58,857 nucleotides of DNA from an uncultured Candidatus Saccharibacteria bacterium (GTDB lineage Bacteria; Patescibacteriota; Minisyncoccia; Phycocordibacterales; UBA2100), in the NCBI GenBank assembly GCA_964623775.1, contig CAZUVH010000002.1:176454-235310 (forward strand). Reading direction: 5' to 3'. Below, one piece after another: positions 1-8,900 of this stretch (position 1 is its first letter; each line of letters opens with the position of its first letter). The position numbers and the translations under genes are program-made. The notes beneath the pieces are model-generated. The model was not told where the DNA came from. It saw only the letters and a list, made by a program, of their open reading frames with translations, and did no database searches.

Positions 1-1
1 T

Positions 2-211
2 ATCGAATTACAGGCGATTTACGACCACTACAAAAGCCGTACCGTGACTACGGGCGGATGGCTCGAGGATGACGTTTTTGTCACATCGTACGATCGTGCG
101 ATGCGATTTTTGGGTATCAAATACCATATCGAGGGAGACAAGGTCATCGTGGACGATCTCTCAAAGCTCACCAGTGATTTGAATACATACAAGGAGCGCC
201 GCGCCGCGTGA
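2..211 (+). CDS. C-terminal fragment of an unidentified protein (5' end lies outside the window)
   Basis: Frame 2 is open from the window edge to TGA at 209-211 (..GGWLEDDVFVTSYDRAMRFLGIKYHIEGDKVIVDDLSKL..KERRAA*). It is absent from the ORF track because it has no start. No family recognised. Confidence 0.3.
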   Translation: MELQAIYDHYKSRTVTTGGWLEDDVFVTSYDRAMRFLGIKYHIEGDKVIVDDLSKLTSDLNTYKERRAA

Positions 212-274
212 ACTTGACTAAACCTTTTTTTGTTATAAAGAAAAGACAGATTCATAAGGAAACAGGAGGTTCCG

Positions 275-1297
275 ATGAACGATCGGGCAAGAGTTGTTAC
301 GGTCCTTGAGGGCGACGGGATCGGCCGGGAAATTCTCGGACCGTCGATTCGTGCGACACTCAAGGTTGCGCCGTATCTCGTGTTTGAACGCTTCCCGTAT
401 GGAGCAGCGACGCTCGGTAAATTCACCGATGAGACGCGTCTCTCCATGGAGAGTAGCAAGCTTCTTCTCAAGATGCCCACCGGCACACCGAATCCGGTAA
501 CAGACAAAGTGCTCTACAAAAGTCCTGCACAGAACGCGCGCATTGAATTGAAGACGTATTCGAATGTGCGACCGTTCTCGATCTGGCCACGCATCAAGAC
601 ACGTTACGACGACAAGCCGCTCAATTTGGTGATCATCCGGGAAACATCGGAAGGTCTGTACGAGGCGGAAGAGGTCGGTCATGGCGAAGGAGATGATTAC
701 TACGTTGATACGACCTATAGAACGAGCAGGCGTGCATGCAAACGGATCGCGCGATTCGCGTTTGAATTTGCGCATACGACGGGCCGCACGCACATCACTA
801 TCGGCCACAAGGCGACGATGCTAAAAAAATCTCACCTGGTGTGGCTCGAGGAAGCTCGAAAGATCGCTGTGGAATATCCAGAGATCCAATTGCGCGAACT
901 GATCATCGACAACTGTGCGATGCAACTCGCCGCTAATCCCTGGCAATTCGAGATACTGCTCTTGAATAACGATCACGGTGACATTCTCTCGGATCAGGCA
1001 GCGGGCCAAGTCTTCCAGTCTCTCGGACCGATGGCAGCTGGCAACATCGGCGACGGTGTGGCCATGTTTGAACCCGGACACGGCACTGCACCCGACATCG
1101 CCGGCCAAGGAAAAGCCAACCCAGCAGCTGCAATGCTCTCCTGTGCATTGATGCTCGATTACATCGGCGACATTTCGGCAGCGGAACGTCTACGCGGAGC
1201 CATCAGGGACGCGTGGACCAACGGCGAAGCCACTCGTGATCTGGGTGGCACGCTTTCCACAGAGGCGTGGGCCGACGCCGTGATCGCCCGACTATAA
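275..1297 (+). CDS. isocitrate/isopropylmalate dehydrogenase family protein (beta-decarboxylating dehydrogenase)
   Basis: 340 aa. AGGAGG lies 6 nt before the ATG. Motifs VLEGDGIGREI, LVIIRETSEGLY and NDHGDILSDQAAG fit the family. Substrate is not assignable by eye. Confidence 0.85.
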   Translation: MNDRARVVTVLEGDGIGREILGPSIRATLKVAPYLVFERFPYGAATLGKFTDETRLSMESSKLLLKMPTGTPNPVTDKVLYKSPAQNARIELKTYSNVRPFSIWPRIKTRYDDKPLNLVIIRETSEGLYEAEEVGHGEGDDYYVDTTYRTSRRACKRIARFAFEFAHTTGRTHITIGHKATMLKKSHLVWLEEARKIAVEYPEIQLRELIIDNCAMQLAANPWQFEILLLNNDHGDILSDQAAGQVFQSLGPMAAGNIGDGVAMFEPGHGTAPDIAGQGKANPAAAMLSCALMLDYIGDISAAERLRGAIRDAWTNGEATRDLGGTLSTEAWADAVIARL

Positions 1298-1318
1298 TCC
1301 TTGTTCTATTGAAACCGG

Positions 1319-1347
1319 GGGCCGCGCTTTGCGCGGCCCTCTTTCTA
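1319..1347 (+). terminator. intrinsic terminator after the IDH-family gene
   Basis: GGGCCGCGC / GCGCGGCCC stem followed by a TCTTTCT tract. Confidence 0.6.
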
Positions 1348-1428
1348 TATTTTCGTGTAATTTGACTCATCTGTAATTTTATTGTACTTTGCGTATAGAT
1401 CATAGACGCAATTCAGTGGGAGAGAGCA

Positions 1429-2790
1429 ATGCGCAGCTACGATGTTGTTATCGTCGGAGCGGGCGTCAGTGGGACGTCGCTCCTCAGGGAAATCGCCCTG
1501 AACAGTAATGTGAAGAGAATCGCACTTATCGAGAAATACGGCAGCGTCGCACAGGTAAATTCTCACCCTGCCAATAACGCCCAGACCTTGCACATCGGTG
1601 ATATTGAGACCAACTACGATCTCGCTCATGCGCGGAAAGTAAAAGCGTCGGCTGAAGTGCTGCTCGCCTATGTCGAGCGTCGCCATACATACGGGCTCTA
1701 CAGAAAAATGCAACGCATGGTGCTCGGCGTCGGCAGTGCTGAAGTGCTAAAGTTGAGGGCACGCTACGAAGAATTCAAGGCGGATTATCCCGCGCTACGC
1801 CTTATAAATGCCGAACAGCTCGCGAAAATCGAGCCGAACGTGATGGCGGGGCGCGATCCACTTCAAGAAGTATGTGCACTCGTTTCGGAAGAGGGCCACG
1901 CAATCAATTACCAGATACTCGCGAAGTGCTTTCTCGAAGACGCCTTGAGTGCAAATCCCGAGATCAAGACATTCTTCAATACCTCCGTGATAAAGATTGA
2001 GAAGTCCGGTGAACAGACGATTCTCACGACCAACAAGGGCAAGATCATGGGTCGTATCGTCATGTTTGCTGCGGGGGCATACAGTCTGCACTTCGCGCAC
2101 CAGCTCGGCCTTGCGAAGAATCTGATGATTCATCCGATCAACGGCGACTTCTGGGAATCGGCGGTCCGGGTAGACAATAAAATCTACCGCGTGCAGAACG
2201 ACGATATCCCCTTCTCGAAGTGTCACTTCGATCCCGATGTGATTGATCCCTCACGCTCACGATTCGGACCGACGACCAAATGGTCGCCGTTCTATATACG
2301 ACACTCGTTCCCAAGTATGTTTGATTATCTCCGCTCTCCGGTACACACGTACCGAGGTATCAGCCAGTCGCTGAAGCTCTTCCTGCAGCGGAAATATTTC
2401 ACGTACATCATGAGAAATCTTTCCTACGACATTCCCGTCATTGGAAAGTACTTGTTCTTGAAAAATGAAGCACGTGAGATTATCCCGAGCCTCCGGTATT
2501 GCGACATCAAGAAACTAAGAGGCGCTGGCGGCACTCGCCCGCAGATCTTCAACTTGATGACCGGCGAACTAGAGATGGGTGACAAAACGCTCATATCGCA
2601 GTGGTGCATCTTCAATACGACTCCCTCGCCGGGCGCTACTGTATGCCTCGCGAACGCTCAACGAGATGCTGCCCAAGTGGTACGACTCCTGAACGAGCAG
2701 ATGGAGGTCAGAGAGGTGTTTCGTTACAATCTCCCGAAATCGCTCCGAAGTCTGGGACTTGAGAAAAGAATCCCGAAGTTCGTTGCCTGA
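1429..2790 (+). CDS. mqo: FAD-dependent malate:quinone oxidoreductase (short, Helicobacter-type MQO family)
   Basis: 453 aa. N-terminal DVVIVGAGVSG dinucleotide fold. NSHPANNAQTLHIGDIETNY and the C-terminal FNTTPSPGATVCLANA resemble MQO signatures as I recall them. Confidence 0.7.
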   Translation: MRSYDVVIVGAGVSGTSLLREIALNSNVKRIALIEKYGSVAQVNSHPANNAQTLHIGDIETNYDLAHARKVKASAEVLLAYVERRHTYGLYRKMQRMVLGVGSAEVLKLRARYEEFKADYPALRLINAEQLAKIEPNVMAGRDPLQEVCALVSEEGHAINYQILAKCFLEDALSANPEIKTFFNTSVIKIEKSGEQTILTTNKGKIMGRIVMFAAGAYSLHFAHQLGLAKNLMIHPINGDFWESAVRVDNKIYRVQNDDIPFSKCHFDPDVIDPSRSRFGPTTKWSPFYIRHSFPSMFDYLRSPVHTYRGISQSLKLFLQRKYFTYIMRNLSYDIPVIGKYLFLKNEAREIIPSLRYCDIKKLRGAGGTRPQIFNLMTGELEMGDKTLISQWCIFNTTPSPGATVCLANAQRDAAQVVRLLNEQMEVREVFRYNLPKSLRSLGLEKRIPKFVA

Positions 2791-2796
2791 TTTTTT

Positions 2797-2832
2797 GCCC
2801 GTGTCGCTTATGCGACACGGGCTTTGTTTTTT
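2797..2832 (+). terminator. intrinsic terminator after mqo
   Basis: GCCCGTGTCGC-TTAT-GCGACACGGGC hairpin followed by TTTGTTTTTT. Confidence 0.85.
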
Positions 2833-2937
2833 ATTTTAGAATGCGAGCCTCTCGTATATAGTGCTTATATGGTCGCAAACAATATGCCACGGAGGCCCCG
2901 CATGGGCGGCAAAACCGAAGCTAATAAAGGATTCCCG

Positions 2938-3618
2938 ATGCGCATCAATAAATACCTCGCCGTCCAAAAATACTGCACCCGTCGTGCGGCCGATCTCCTC
3001 ATTTCCGGCAGTAAGGTGCTTATCAATGGCAAGGCTGCTGTACTCGGCGACAAAGTCCAGGAGGGCGATGTCGTCGAGGTACGATTCCGCCCGAAAAAAT
3101 ACCGCTATTTTGCGTACTACAAACCGCGCGGGATCATCACGCATTCGGCGCAGGGCGACGATGAAGAAGAGATCGCGGACATTATGCCAGTCGAGGGAGT
3201 CTTCCCCGTCGGGCGTCTCGATAAGGATTCGTACGGTCTCATGATCTTGACCGACGATGGCCGGATCACCGATGCACTACTCAATCCCAAGTACAAGCAC
3301 GAGAAAGAATACAAGGTGCGCTGCACCGCTCCGCTGCCGAGCCACTTCAAAGAAAAGATGGAGGAGGGTATCGATATTGGCGGATATATTACCAAACCGT
3401 GCCGCGTAGAGGTCTGGGCACCGAATGCGTTTTCAATCACACTTACCGAGGGCAAGAAGCACCAGATCAGAAAGATGGTCGGGACATTCGGACTCAATCC
3501 ATCGGAGTTGCAGCGCGTGCGCGTCATGAACATCAAAATCGGCAATCTCGCGCCCGGCTCATACCGCGCAATCAAGGGCACCGAACTCGACATTTTCCTT
3601 CGCTCTCTCGGAATGTAG
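2938..3618 (+). CDS. pseudouridine synthase, RsuA/RluB family (S4 domain plus catalytic domain)
   Basis: The ORF-track start at 2824 is a TTG inside the upstream terminator, so I moved the start to the ATG at 2938 (MRINKYL..). S4-like N-terminus and catalytic GRLDKDSYGLMILTDDG motif. Confidence 0.85.
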   Translation: MRINKYLAVQKYCTRRAADLLISGSKVLINGKAAVLGDKVQEGDVVEVRFRPKKYRYFAYYKPRGIITHSAQGDDEEEIADIMPVEGVFPVGRLDKDSYGLMILTDDGRITDALLNPKYKHEKEYKVRCTAPLPSHFKEKMEEGIDIGGYITKPCRVEVWAPNAFSITLTEGKKHQIRKMVGTFGLNPSELQRVRVMNIKIGNLAPGSYRAIKGTELDIFLRSLGM

Positions 3619-3656
3619 AGCGAACGGCTCAAATACTGGTATTTGAGCCGTTACAT

Positions 3657-3687
3657 TAAAAGGCGGGGTGCAGTCCCGCCTTTGTTT
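3657..3687. terminator. bidirectional hairpin terminator between convergent genes
   Basis: AGGCGGG-GTGCAGT-CCCGCCT stem with an A-tract upstream and TTGTTT downstream. A second hairpin lies at 3623-3652. Confidence 0.6.
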
Positions 3688-4021
3688 ACTTGAGATTCAT
3701 GCGAAATTCTTTGCCGTAGTCGGTGAAGCCGAGTCGCAGATACCACTCATGCACCATCGTTCTCGTACCATCATTGCGGCTTGTCGCGATAAGCTTGTAG
3801 CATTTCTCGATCTTCGCCCGCTCGATCACAGTGTTCAATAATTCCCTGCCGAGGCCGCTTCCTCGCTGATCGTCATCCACATGCACATCTTCGAGAAATC
3901 CGAATGGCTGATCATGCAGATCATTTTTCAGGAGATAGAGATACGCATGCGCGACCTCTCTGCCTTCTTTTGCAAAAGAAAATCTGACCCCCCGACCGTC
4001 TACATCCCGTGTCTCCATCAT
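3686..4021 (-). CDS. GNAT family N-acetyltransferase
   Basis: 111 aa. Acetyl-CoA motif QRGSGLGRELL. GGAGAG SD before the ATG. Confidence 0.8.
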   Translation of the reverse strand: MMETRDVDGRGVRFSFAKEGREVAHAYLYLLKNDLHDQPFGFLEDVHVDDDQRGSGLGRELLNTVIERAKIEKCYKLIATSRNDGTRTMVHEWYLRLGFTDYGKEFRMNLK

Positions 4022-4073
4022 GCTCTCCAGTATATCCTGCAGAGATTCTACAAGACTGATGAAGAGATGCCAC

Positions 4074-4325
4074 TTATTGGAGTGGGCCGATGATACGGTT
4101 GAGCCACTTTTCTGTCTTCTCGAACAACTCGTGCGTTTTTGGATATTTTCTGGTGTGGCTCTCTACCCACGAGCGTATGCGCACCGAGGAAATTGAAAGC
4201 AATATCGCTCCGATGATCATGAAAAGAAATCCCTGTAAAAAAGGGAGCGCGAGGCCGATGACGCCCGCGATCAGGAAGAGCACCCCCGCAACAACGACAG
4301 CCAAGCGTTTCATCTTCATCTTCAT
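4074..4325 (-). CDS. small two-TM membrane protein (YbaN/DUF454-like N-terminal half, tentative)
   Basis: 83 aa with a hydrophobic core, GVIGLALPFLQGFLFMIIGAILL. The family guess rests on motif resemblance only. Confidence 0.5.
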   Translation of the reverse strand: MKMKMKRLAVVVAGVLFLIAGVIGLALPFLQGFLFMIIGAILLSISSVRIRSWVESHTRKYPKTHELFEKTEKWLNRIIGPLQ

Positions 4326-4391
4326 AAGCCGATTCTATCAAAATATACTCTCTTCTCATATCTCCCTTCCTTTTACATACAGGCGGAATAC

Positions 4392-4492
4392 ACCACTACA
4401 CCAATAGCTGTAATCATACGCAACGGAATCGAGATTTCGTCATGCTCGGTAGTTCGCGATTTTCCAAGCATTGCAGCTATTGGTGTAGTGGT
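4392..4492. repeat. perfect 19-bp inverted repeat (arms 4392-4410 and 4474-4492) with a 63-nt spacer
   Basis: ACCACTACACCAATAGCTG and its exact reverse complement CAGCTATTGGTGTAGTGGT. The repeat lies in a divergent intergenic region, and the right arm overlaps the -10 region of the 4504 gene. Confidence 0.9.
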
Positions 4493-4497
4493 ACAAT
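4489..4497 (+). promoter_or_regulatory. extended -10 (TGgTACAAT) 6 nt before the ATG at 4504; leaderless design
   Basis: TGGTACAAT, then tttcat, then ATG. There is no SD. Confidence 0.5.
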
Positions 4498-4503
4498 TTT
4501 CAT

Positions 4504-5412
4504 ATGGTCAAACACGTCGCTACGACGCGCGTTTTATACTCGATGATTACTGCCCTGCTCGCTGCAGCGCTTCTCTACGGCGGATATAATTTTTACTTCT
4601 TGAAAGTCGCATACGAGGAGTCCCTCACGTCCAACGAGCGCTTGCAATATGGATTCGATATACTGCTCGATAAACTACGCGCCTCTACGGCCGAAGTGGA
4701 AAAACTCAGCTCGCAAAACAACGATCTCCTGATCGTCTTGCAGGCAAGTACGCAAGAGAGAGACGCGTTGCAGCAGCAGACGCAGACACTCTCGTCGACT
4801 GTCTCGACGCTCGATAAGCTGGTCAAGACCGACAAGCAGCTGCTCGAAAAATATTCCTCGGTCTACTTTCTCAATGAGAATTACCTGCCGAGGGACTTGT
4901 TTGCGCTCGACAAATCCTACTTACTTCGTCCGGATAAACCAGAGCAGGTCATCGTCGGTATCGTGCCGCACCTGGTCGATCTCATGAAAGCCGCTGAGGC
5001 TGCAAAAATCCCGCTCAAAATCCTCTCCGGATACCGCTCCTACGGCACACAGTCAGCACTTAAGTCTACCTACAAAGTCGCATACGGTGCGGGCACGGCC
5101 AATTCTTTCTCAGCAGATCAGGGATATTCTGAGCACCAACTCGGCACGACGGTCGATTTCACGACCCCGACTGTCGGCGCGTCGCTTGCCGGCTTCGACA
5201 AGACGAGCAGCTATGCATGGCTGCAGAAAAATGCCCATCTCTATGGTTTCTCGCTGTCATATCCCAAGGGCAACGAGCATTTCGTCTTTGAGCCATGGCA
5301 CTGGCGCTACGTCGGCGTAGCGCTCGCTACGAAACTTTACAACGAAAAAAAGACGCTCTACGACCTCGATCAGCGAGAGATCGATACATACTTGATCAAG
5401 TTTTTTGACTAG
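4504..5412 (+). CDS. membrane-anchored D-alanyl-D-alanine carboxypeptidase, peptidase M15B/VanY family
   Basis: 302 aa. N-terminal TM helix and a coiled-coil segment. Zn-peptidase motifs SGYRSY, SEHQLGTTVDF and EPWHWRYVG. Confidence 0.85.
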   Translation: MVKHVATTRVLYSMITALLAAALLYGGYNFYFLKVAYEESLTSNERLQYGFDILLDKLRASTAEVEKLSSQNNDLLIVLQASTQERDALQQQTQTLSSTVSTLDKLVKTDKQLLEKYSSVYFLNENYLPRDLFALDKSYLLRPDKPEQVIVGIVPHLVDLMKAAEAAKIPLKILSGYRSYGTQSALKSTYKVAYGAGTANSFSADQGYSEHQLGTTVDFTTPTVGASLAGFDKTSSYAWLQKNAHLYGFSLSYPKGNEHFVFEPWHWRYVGVALATKLYNEKKTLYDLDQREIDTYLIKFFD

Positions 5413-5460
5413 AATGACCCGCTCAGAGCGGGCCATCCGTAGCGTAAATGTAGCTGTTAA

Positions 5461-5985
5461 TTACACGCCCATCTCCTGGAAAGTTACACCGGAGGGCAGT
5501 GTGAATTTTGAGGCATCGGCCGTCCATGCCTCGCAGTTATAATCGCCAATCTGCTCGGCGTTGAAACTGTACGAGCCGGAAGTTGGTGCACTGGTATCAC
5601 CGGTTGCATTCGCAGCCACTTTCACCTTGAAGCCCGTGTTTGGCATCATTGATGTCCAGCTGTATGTGTATCCATCACGAACGATCATCGTGGAATTCAC
5701 ATCCATACCCTGCACTTTCGTGCTGTATTCCCCGCGGATCATGCCGCCACTCATGTATGTCGTGCCCTCGGTCTGCACACCACCCACATCCTGACGCACT
5801 GTGCATTTGTACGAGCCTCCCTGCTTAATAAACTCAGAAAACGCCATTCTTTTGCCGGTCGGCGCGGATGTATCCGAATTCGCCGGCTGCACCATCGCGT
5901 CTCCTCCCTTATTCGAATTAAAATAATAGTAACCACCCCCAGCGACTACAGCCGCCGCTACTACGATCATTATGATTTTTGACAT
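5461..5985 (-). CDS. hypothetical exported or membrane-anchored protein
   Basis: 174 aa with an N-terminal hydrophobic anchor, IIMIVVAAAVVAGGGYYY. No family recognised. Confidence 0.6.
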   Translation of the reverse strand: MSKIIMIVVAAAVVAGGGYYYFNSNKGGDAMVQPANSDTSAPTGKRMAFSEFIKQGGSYKCTVRQDVGGVQTEGTTYMSGGMIRGEYSTKVQGMDVNSTMIVRDGYTYSWTSMMPNTGFKVKVAANATGDTSAPTSGSYSFNAEQIGDYNCEAWTADASKFTLPSGVTFQEMGV

Positions 5986-5991
5986 GGCGGC

Positions 5992-6000
5992 AGTATACCA
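5992..6000 (-). promoter_or_regulatory. extended -10 (TGgTATACT) 6 nt before the ATG at 5985; leaderless design
   Basis: Minus strand reads TTGAGC, 16 nt, TGGTATACT, gccgcc, ATG. Confidence 0.55.
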
Positions 6001-6024
6001 TTCGGCATATACCGCTCAATGGAA

Positions 6025-7128
6025 TTATGCGCTTTCGCGCTCTTGGAAACGGAATGTGATGGTCGATAGGAAAAAGAGAACTGCACCCCAGATGATCATC
6101 GCAATGATATCGCTTTGTATATCGAAGAGTCCGGCACCCTTGGTCATGATCTCGCGCAATGCATTTGAGAAAAAAGTGAGCGGGAGAAATTGCGCGAATG
6201 CCTGGAGCCAGCCGGGCATACTAGAAATCGCGAAGAACGTCCCGCCCAGGAAAAGCATCGGGAACACGATGAGGTTGGCAATCGCCGGTACCGAGTCGAC
6301 GGTCTTTGCAAGACCCGAAATCGTGAAGCCAAGGCCGAGAAACATGAGCGCTCCGAGAATCACTATGAAGAGTAGGAGCAGGTATGAGCCGACGACATGC
6401 ACCTTAAACAAAAGCAGTGCGACGAGAATAAAGATGAGCGCCTGTACCACACTGATGAGAAGACGCGTAATCGCGTTTGCCGCGACGAATTGAATCGGCT
6501 TCATCGGAGTCGCGAGAATGCGCTTCAAGACACCTTTTTCCTTGTACTGCGTAAAGACAAACGCGACAGAGAAGACAGACATCTGCATGATCGAAAGTGC
6601 AATAAGGCCCGGCAGGAGGAATTCTATATAACGGAGATTATTGGCATTGACCTCCTTTTCTAGGAGATTGAATTCCGGCTCTACGTTGGCAGCTGCGATC
6701 GTTGCCCTGTCGATGAATTGATTGAGGATCGTCACCACTGTTTGAGCCTGGCCGGCCTGACCGGCGTTTTTATGCACGACGATTGATTGCCGCTCCCCTG
6801 GGAGCTGAGGCCCTTTTGGCACGAGGTAATCGGGCACTTCCAAGACCGCCGCGCGATTGCCCCCTGCAAGCTGCGCGAGCTCTTCATCATGTGTGCCCTC
6901 GTAGATCGTAAATGCGGGGAATTTCTTGATCTGCTCGATAAACTGCTGCGTTTCGGCAGATGGTTTGTGTGTGACGAGTCCGACATCGATCACCGGCGGC
7001 TTATCAAAACCGATGTATCCAAAGATAAGCATGATGAAAAGCGGCATGAAGAGCGTAAAGAAAAGCGCCTGCCGATTTCGAAGGAATGCAATGATCGAGT
7101 AGCGTGTAAGTTTCCAAATCATGCTCAT
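6025..7128 (-). CDS. ABC-2 type transporter permease
   Basis: 367 aa. One N-terminal TM, a large loop and five C-terminal TMs, as is typical of ABC-2 permeases. It lies directly downstream of the ATPase gene. Confidence 0.85.
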   Translation of the reverse strand: MSMIWKLTRYSIIAFLRNRQALFFTLFMPLFIMLIFGYIGFDKPPVIDVGLVTHKPSAETQQFIEQIKKFPAFTIYEGTHDEELAQLAGGNRAAVLEVPDYLVPKGPQLPGERQSIVVHKNAGQAGQAQTVVTILNQFIDRATIAAANVEPEFNLLEKEVNANNLRYIEFLLPGLIALSIMQMSVFSVAFVFTQYKEKGVLKRILATPMKPIQFVAANAITRLLISVVQALIFILVALLLFKVHVVGSYLLLLFIVILGALMFLGLGFTISGLAKTVDSVPAIANLIVFPMLFLGGTFFAISSMPGWLQAFAQFLPLTFFSNALREIMTKGAGLFDIQSDIIAMIIWGAVLFFLSTITFRFQERESA

Positions 7129-7132
7129 ATAT

Positions 7133-7903
7133 TTACTCGCGAAGAGCGTGACCAGTCATAGTAAGAAATACGTCTTCCAAATTCGCCTTTTGCTGCAATA
7201 CAGGTTTTGAAAATCCCGTGGCAAGAAGATTTTCGATAAGTTGCTTGGGAGTCTCGAGCGTAATGATCTTGCCAGCATCCATTATTGCGATGCGATCGCA
7301 AAGAATTTCCGCCTCGTCCATGTAGTGAGTGGTGAGTATTACCGTCTTCCCTTTTTGCTTGATCGATTTCACGAGTTCCCAGAGGTGGCGGCGTGCCTGC
7401 GGATCGAGGCCCGTCGTCGGCTCATCGAGAAAAAGTACTTTCGGGTCATTCACAAGCCCGACAGCAATCGAGAATCGCTGCTTCTGACCCCCAGAGAGCT
7501 CTTTCACTTCCGCTTTCGCCTTGTCGGTAAGCTCGACGTCGGCGAGAAGCTCCATCGGATTGACGGTACGACCATACATCGCGGCAAACATATCGATGAG
7601 TTCGACAAGATTGAGATTTTCGAAGAAAGACGAGGCCTGTAATTGCACGCCGATCACGGATTTAACCGCATCGGTCTCCCGCTCGACGTCCTTGCCGTCG
7701 AGGATGATGGTTCCGCTCGTTGGTTGTTTGAGACCTTCGATCATTTCAAGTGTCGTCGTTTTACCCGCGCCATTGGGACCGAGTATGCCAAAAGTCTCTC
7801 CTGCCTCTACCGAAAAGGAGATGTCGTTGACTGCCGTAAGATCCTTACCGGACCGGCCGGAGTATTTTTTTGTGAGATTTTTTACCTCGATTATCGATGC
7901 CAT
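7133..7903 (-). CDS. ABC transporter ATP-binding protein (ABC-2/DrrA-like)
   Basis: 256 aa. Walker A GPNGAGKTT, signature LSGGQKQR, Walker B LFLDEPTTGLD. Confidence 0.9.
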   Translation of the reverse strand: MASIIEVKNLTKKYSGRSGKDLTAVNDISFSVEAGETFGILGPNGAGKTTTLEMIEGLKQPTSGTIILDGKDVERETDAVKSVIGVQLQASSFFENLNLVELIDMFAAMYGRTVNPMELLADVELTDKAKAEVKELSGGQKQRFSIAVGLVNDPKVLFLDEPTTGLDPQARRHLWELVKSIKQKGKTVILTTHYMDEAEILCDRIAIMDAGKIITLETPKQLIENLLATGFSKPVLQQKANLEDVFLTMTGHALRE

Positions 7904-7951
7904 ACGCCACAGTATATGTTCGCTTCTCCGCCATGGAAAGCGAGTGAAGGA

Positions 7952-8578
7952 TTAGAAACCAAGCTTTTCGTTGACGAAGATTATGTGCACAGTGCGGCCA
8001 AGCATCGGGTTCTCGCCATGCAAGACAACCGTCTTATTGTGCTGCGTAGGGACACCGTACGCCTGTTTTGATCGCTCATCCTCAAGCGGCACTACATAGC
8101 GCTCGATGCGTTCAAATGCATCATGCAGTGTCGGGACGATCTTCTGCGTGCTGACGACGAGGATAATATTTTGTGAGGTAAAGACGATGTGAGGCATCTG
8201 GCTTCCCGTATTGGATGCGATCACGACCTCCCCATCTTCGGTGATTGCGTGCGCACTGCCGAGGTAGTAGTCCGAAAGTACTGACTGTTTGCGGAGCACG
8301 CCTTGTTTCGTGGGATCCTTCTCCTCAAGAATGACTTTGTGAAGATTACTCCAGACGTGCTTGTCAGACTTGAGATATTCTACAAATCCGATCTGCTCAA
8401 GCGTTCGCGACGTGCCGTTCATGACCGATGCGCTGGCGGGAATACGCGATATCACTTTCTCGAGCGCCTCCGCACCACTATCGACCGATTCGGCAGAAAA
8501 ATGCCGCGCGCCGAGCGCCTGGACGGTCTTGGTAACGACGTCTGATGATTTTAATGCGTCAAATGCGATGGTGGTCAT
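7952..8578 (-). CDS. LUD domain protein (LutC/YkgG-like)
   Basis: 208 aa. The segment LGSAHAITEDGEVVIASNTGSQ is typical of LUD/DUF162 proteins. Confidence 0.7.
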   Translation of the reverse strand: MTTIAFDALKSSDVVTKTVQALGARHFSAESVDSGAEALEKVISRIPASASVMNGTSRTLEQIGFVEYLKSDKHVWSNLHKVILEEKDPTKQGVLRKQSVLSDYYLGSAHAITEDGEVVIASNTGSQMPHIVFTSQNIILVVSTQKIVPTLHDAFERIERYVVPLEDERSKQAYGVPTQHNKTVVLHGENPMLGRTVHIIFVNEKLGF

Positions 8579-8579
8579 A

Positions 8580-8900
8580 TTATTTTTTTCGGCCCAGGGC
8601 CGATCCGTCTTGGGCGGACTTTTTAGGAAGATCTGTTGCTAATTTCTTTAAGAGCGAAGCCATGTACGATACATTGACTGTATAGACCACCTCCTGTCCG
8701 TGACGCGTATCTTCGACAAGATTCGCTTCCTTGAGGACCTTAAGATGCTGGGAGACGGCTGGCTGTGGGAGGTCGACATCTACCGCAATCTGCCCGACGG
8801 TACGCGGCTTTTTCATCACCGCCTCCAAAATGCGATACCGATTCTCATTACCGATCCCTTTGCCCATTTTTGCTATCTCCCTACAAAGGTCGGTCATCAT
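8580..8900 (-). CDS. ArsR/SmtB family transcriptional regulator
   Basis: 106 aa. Winged HTH: RYRILEAV..TVGQIAVDVDLPQPAVSQHLKVLKEANLV. Confidence 0.85.
   Translation of the reverse strand: MMTDLCREIAKMGKGIGNENRYRILEAVMKKPRTVGQIAVDVDLPQPAVSQHLKVLKEANLVEDTRHGQEVVYTVNVSYMASLLKKLATDLPKKSAQDGSALGRKK

Noticed and set aside
2824-2937. N-terminal extensions in the ORF track that begin at TTG/GTG codons. Examples: 2824, 9499, 11949, 12246, 20942, 26915, 36400, 39878, 46361, 46527, 46999 and 51803.
   Set aside because: The extensions run through upstream terminator hairpins, overlap the preceding gene out of frame, or add non-conserved residues ahead of a well-placed ATG with an SD or a leaderless -10 element. 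I trimmed the starts accordingly and noted the uncertainty per feature.
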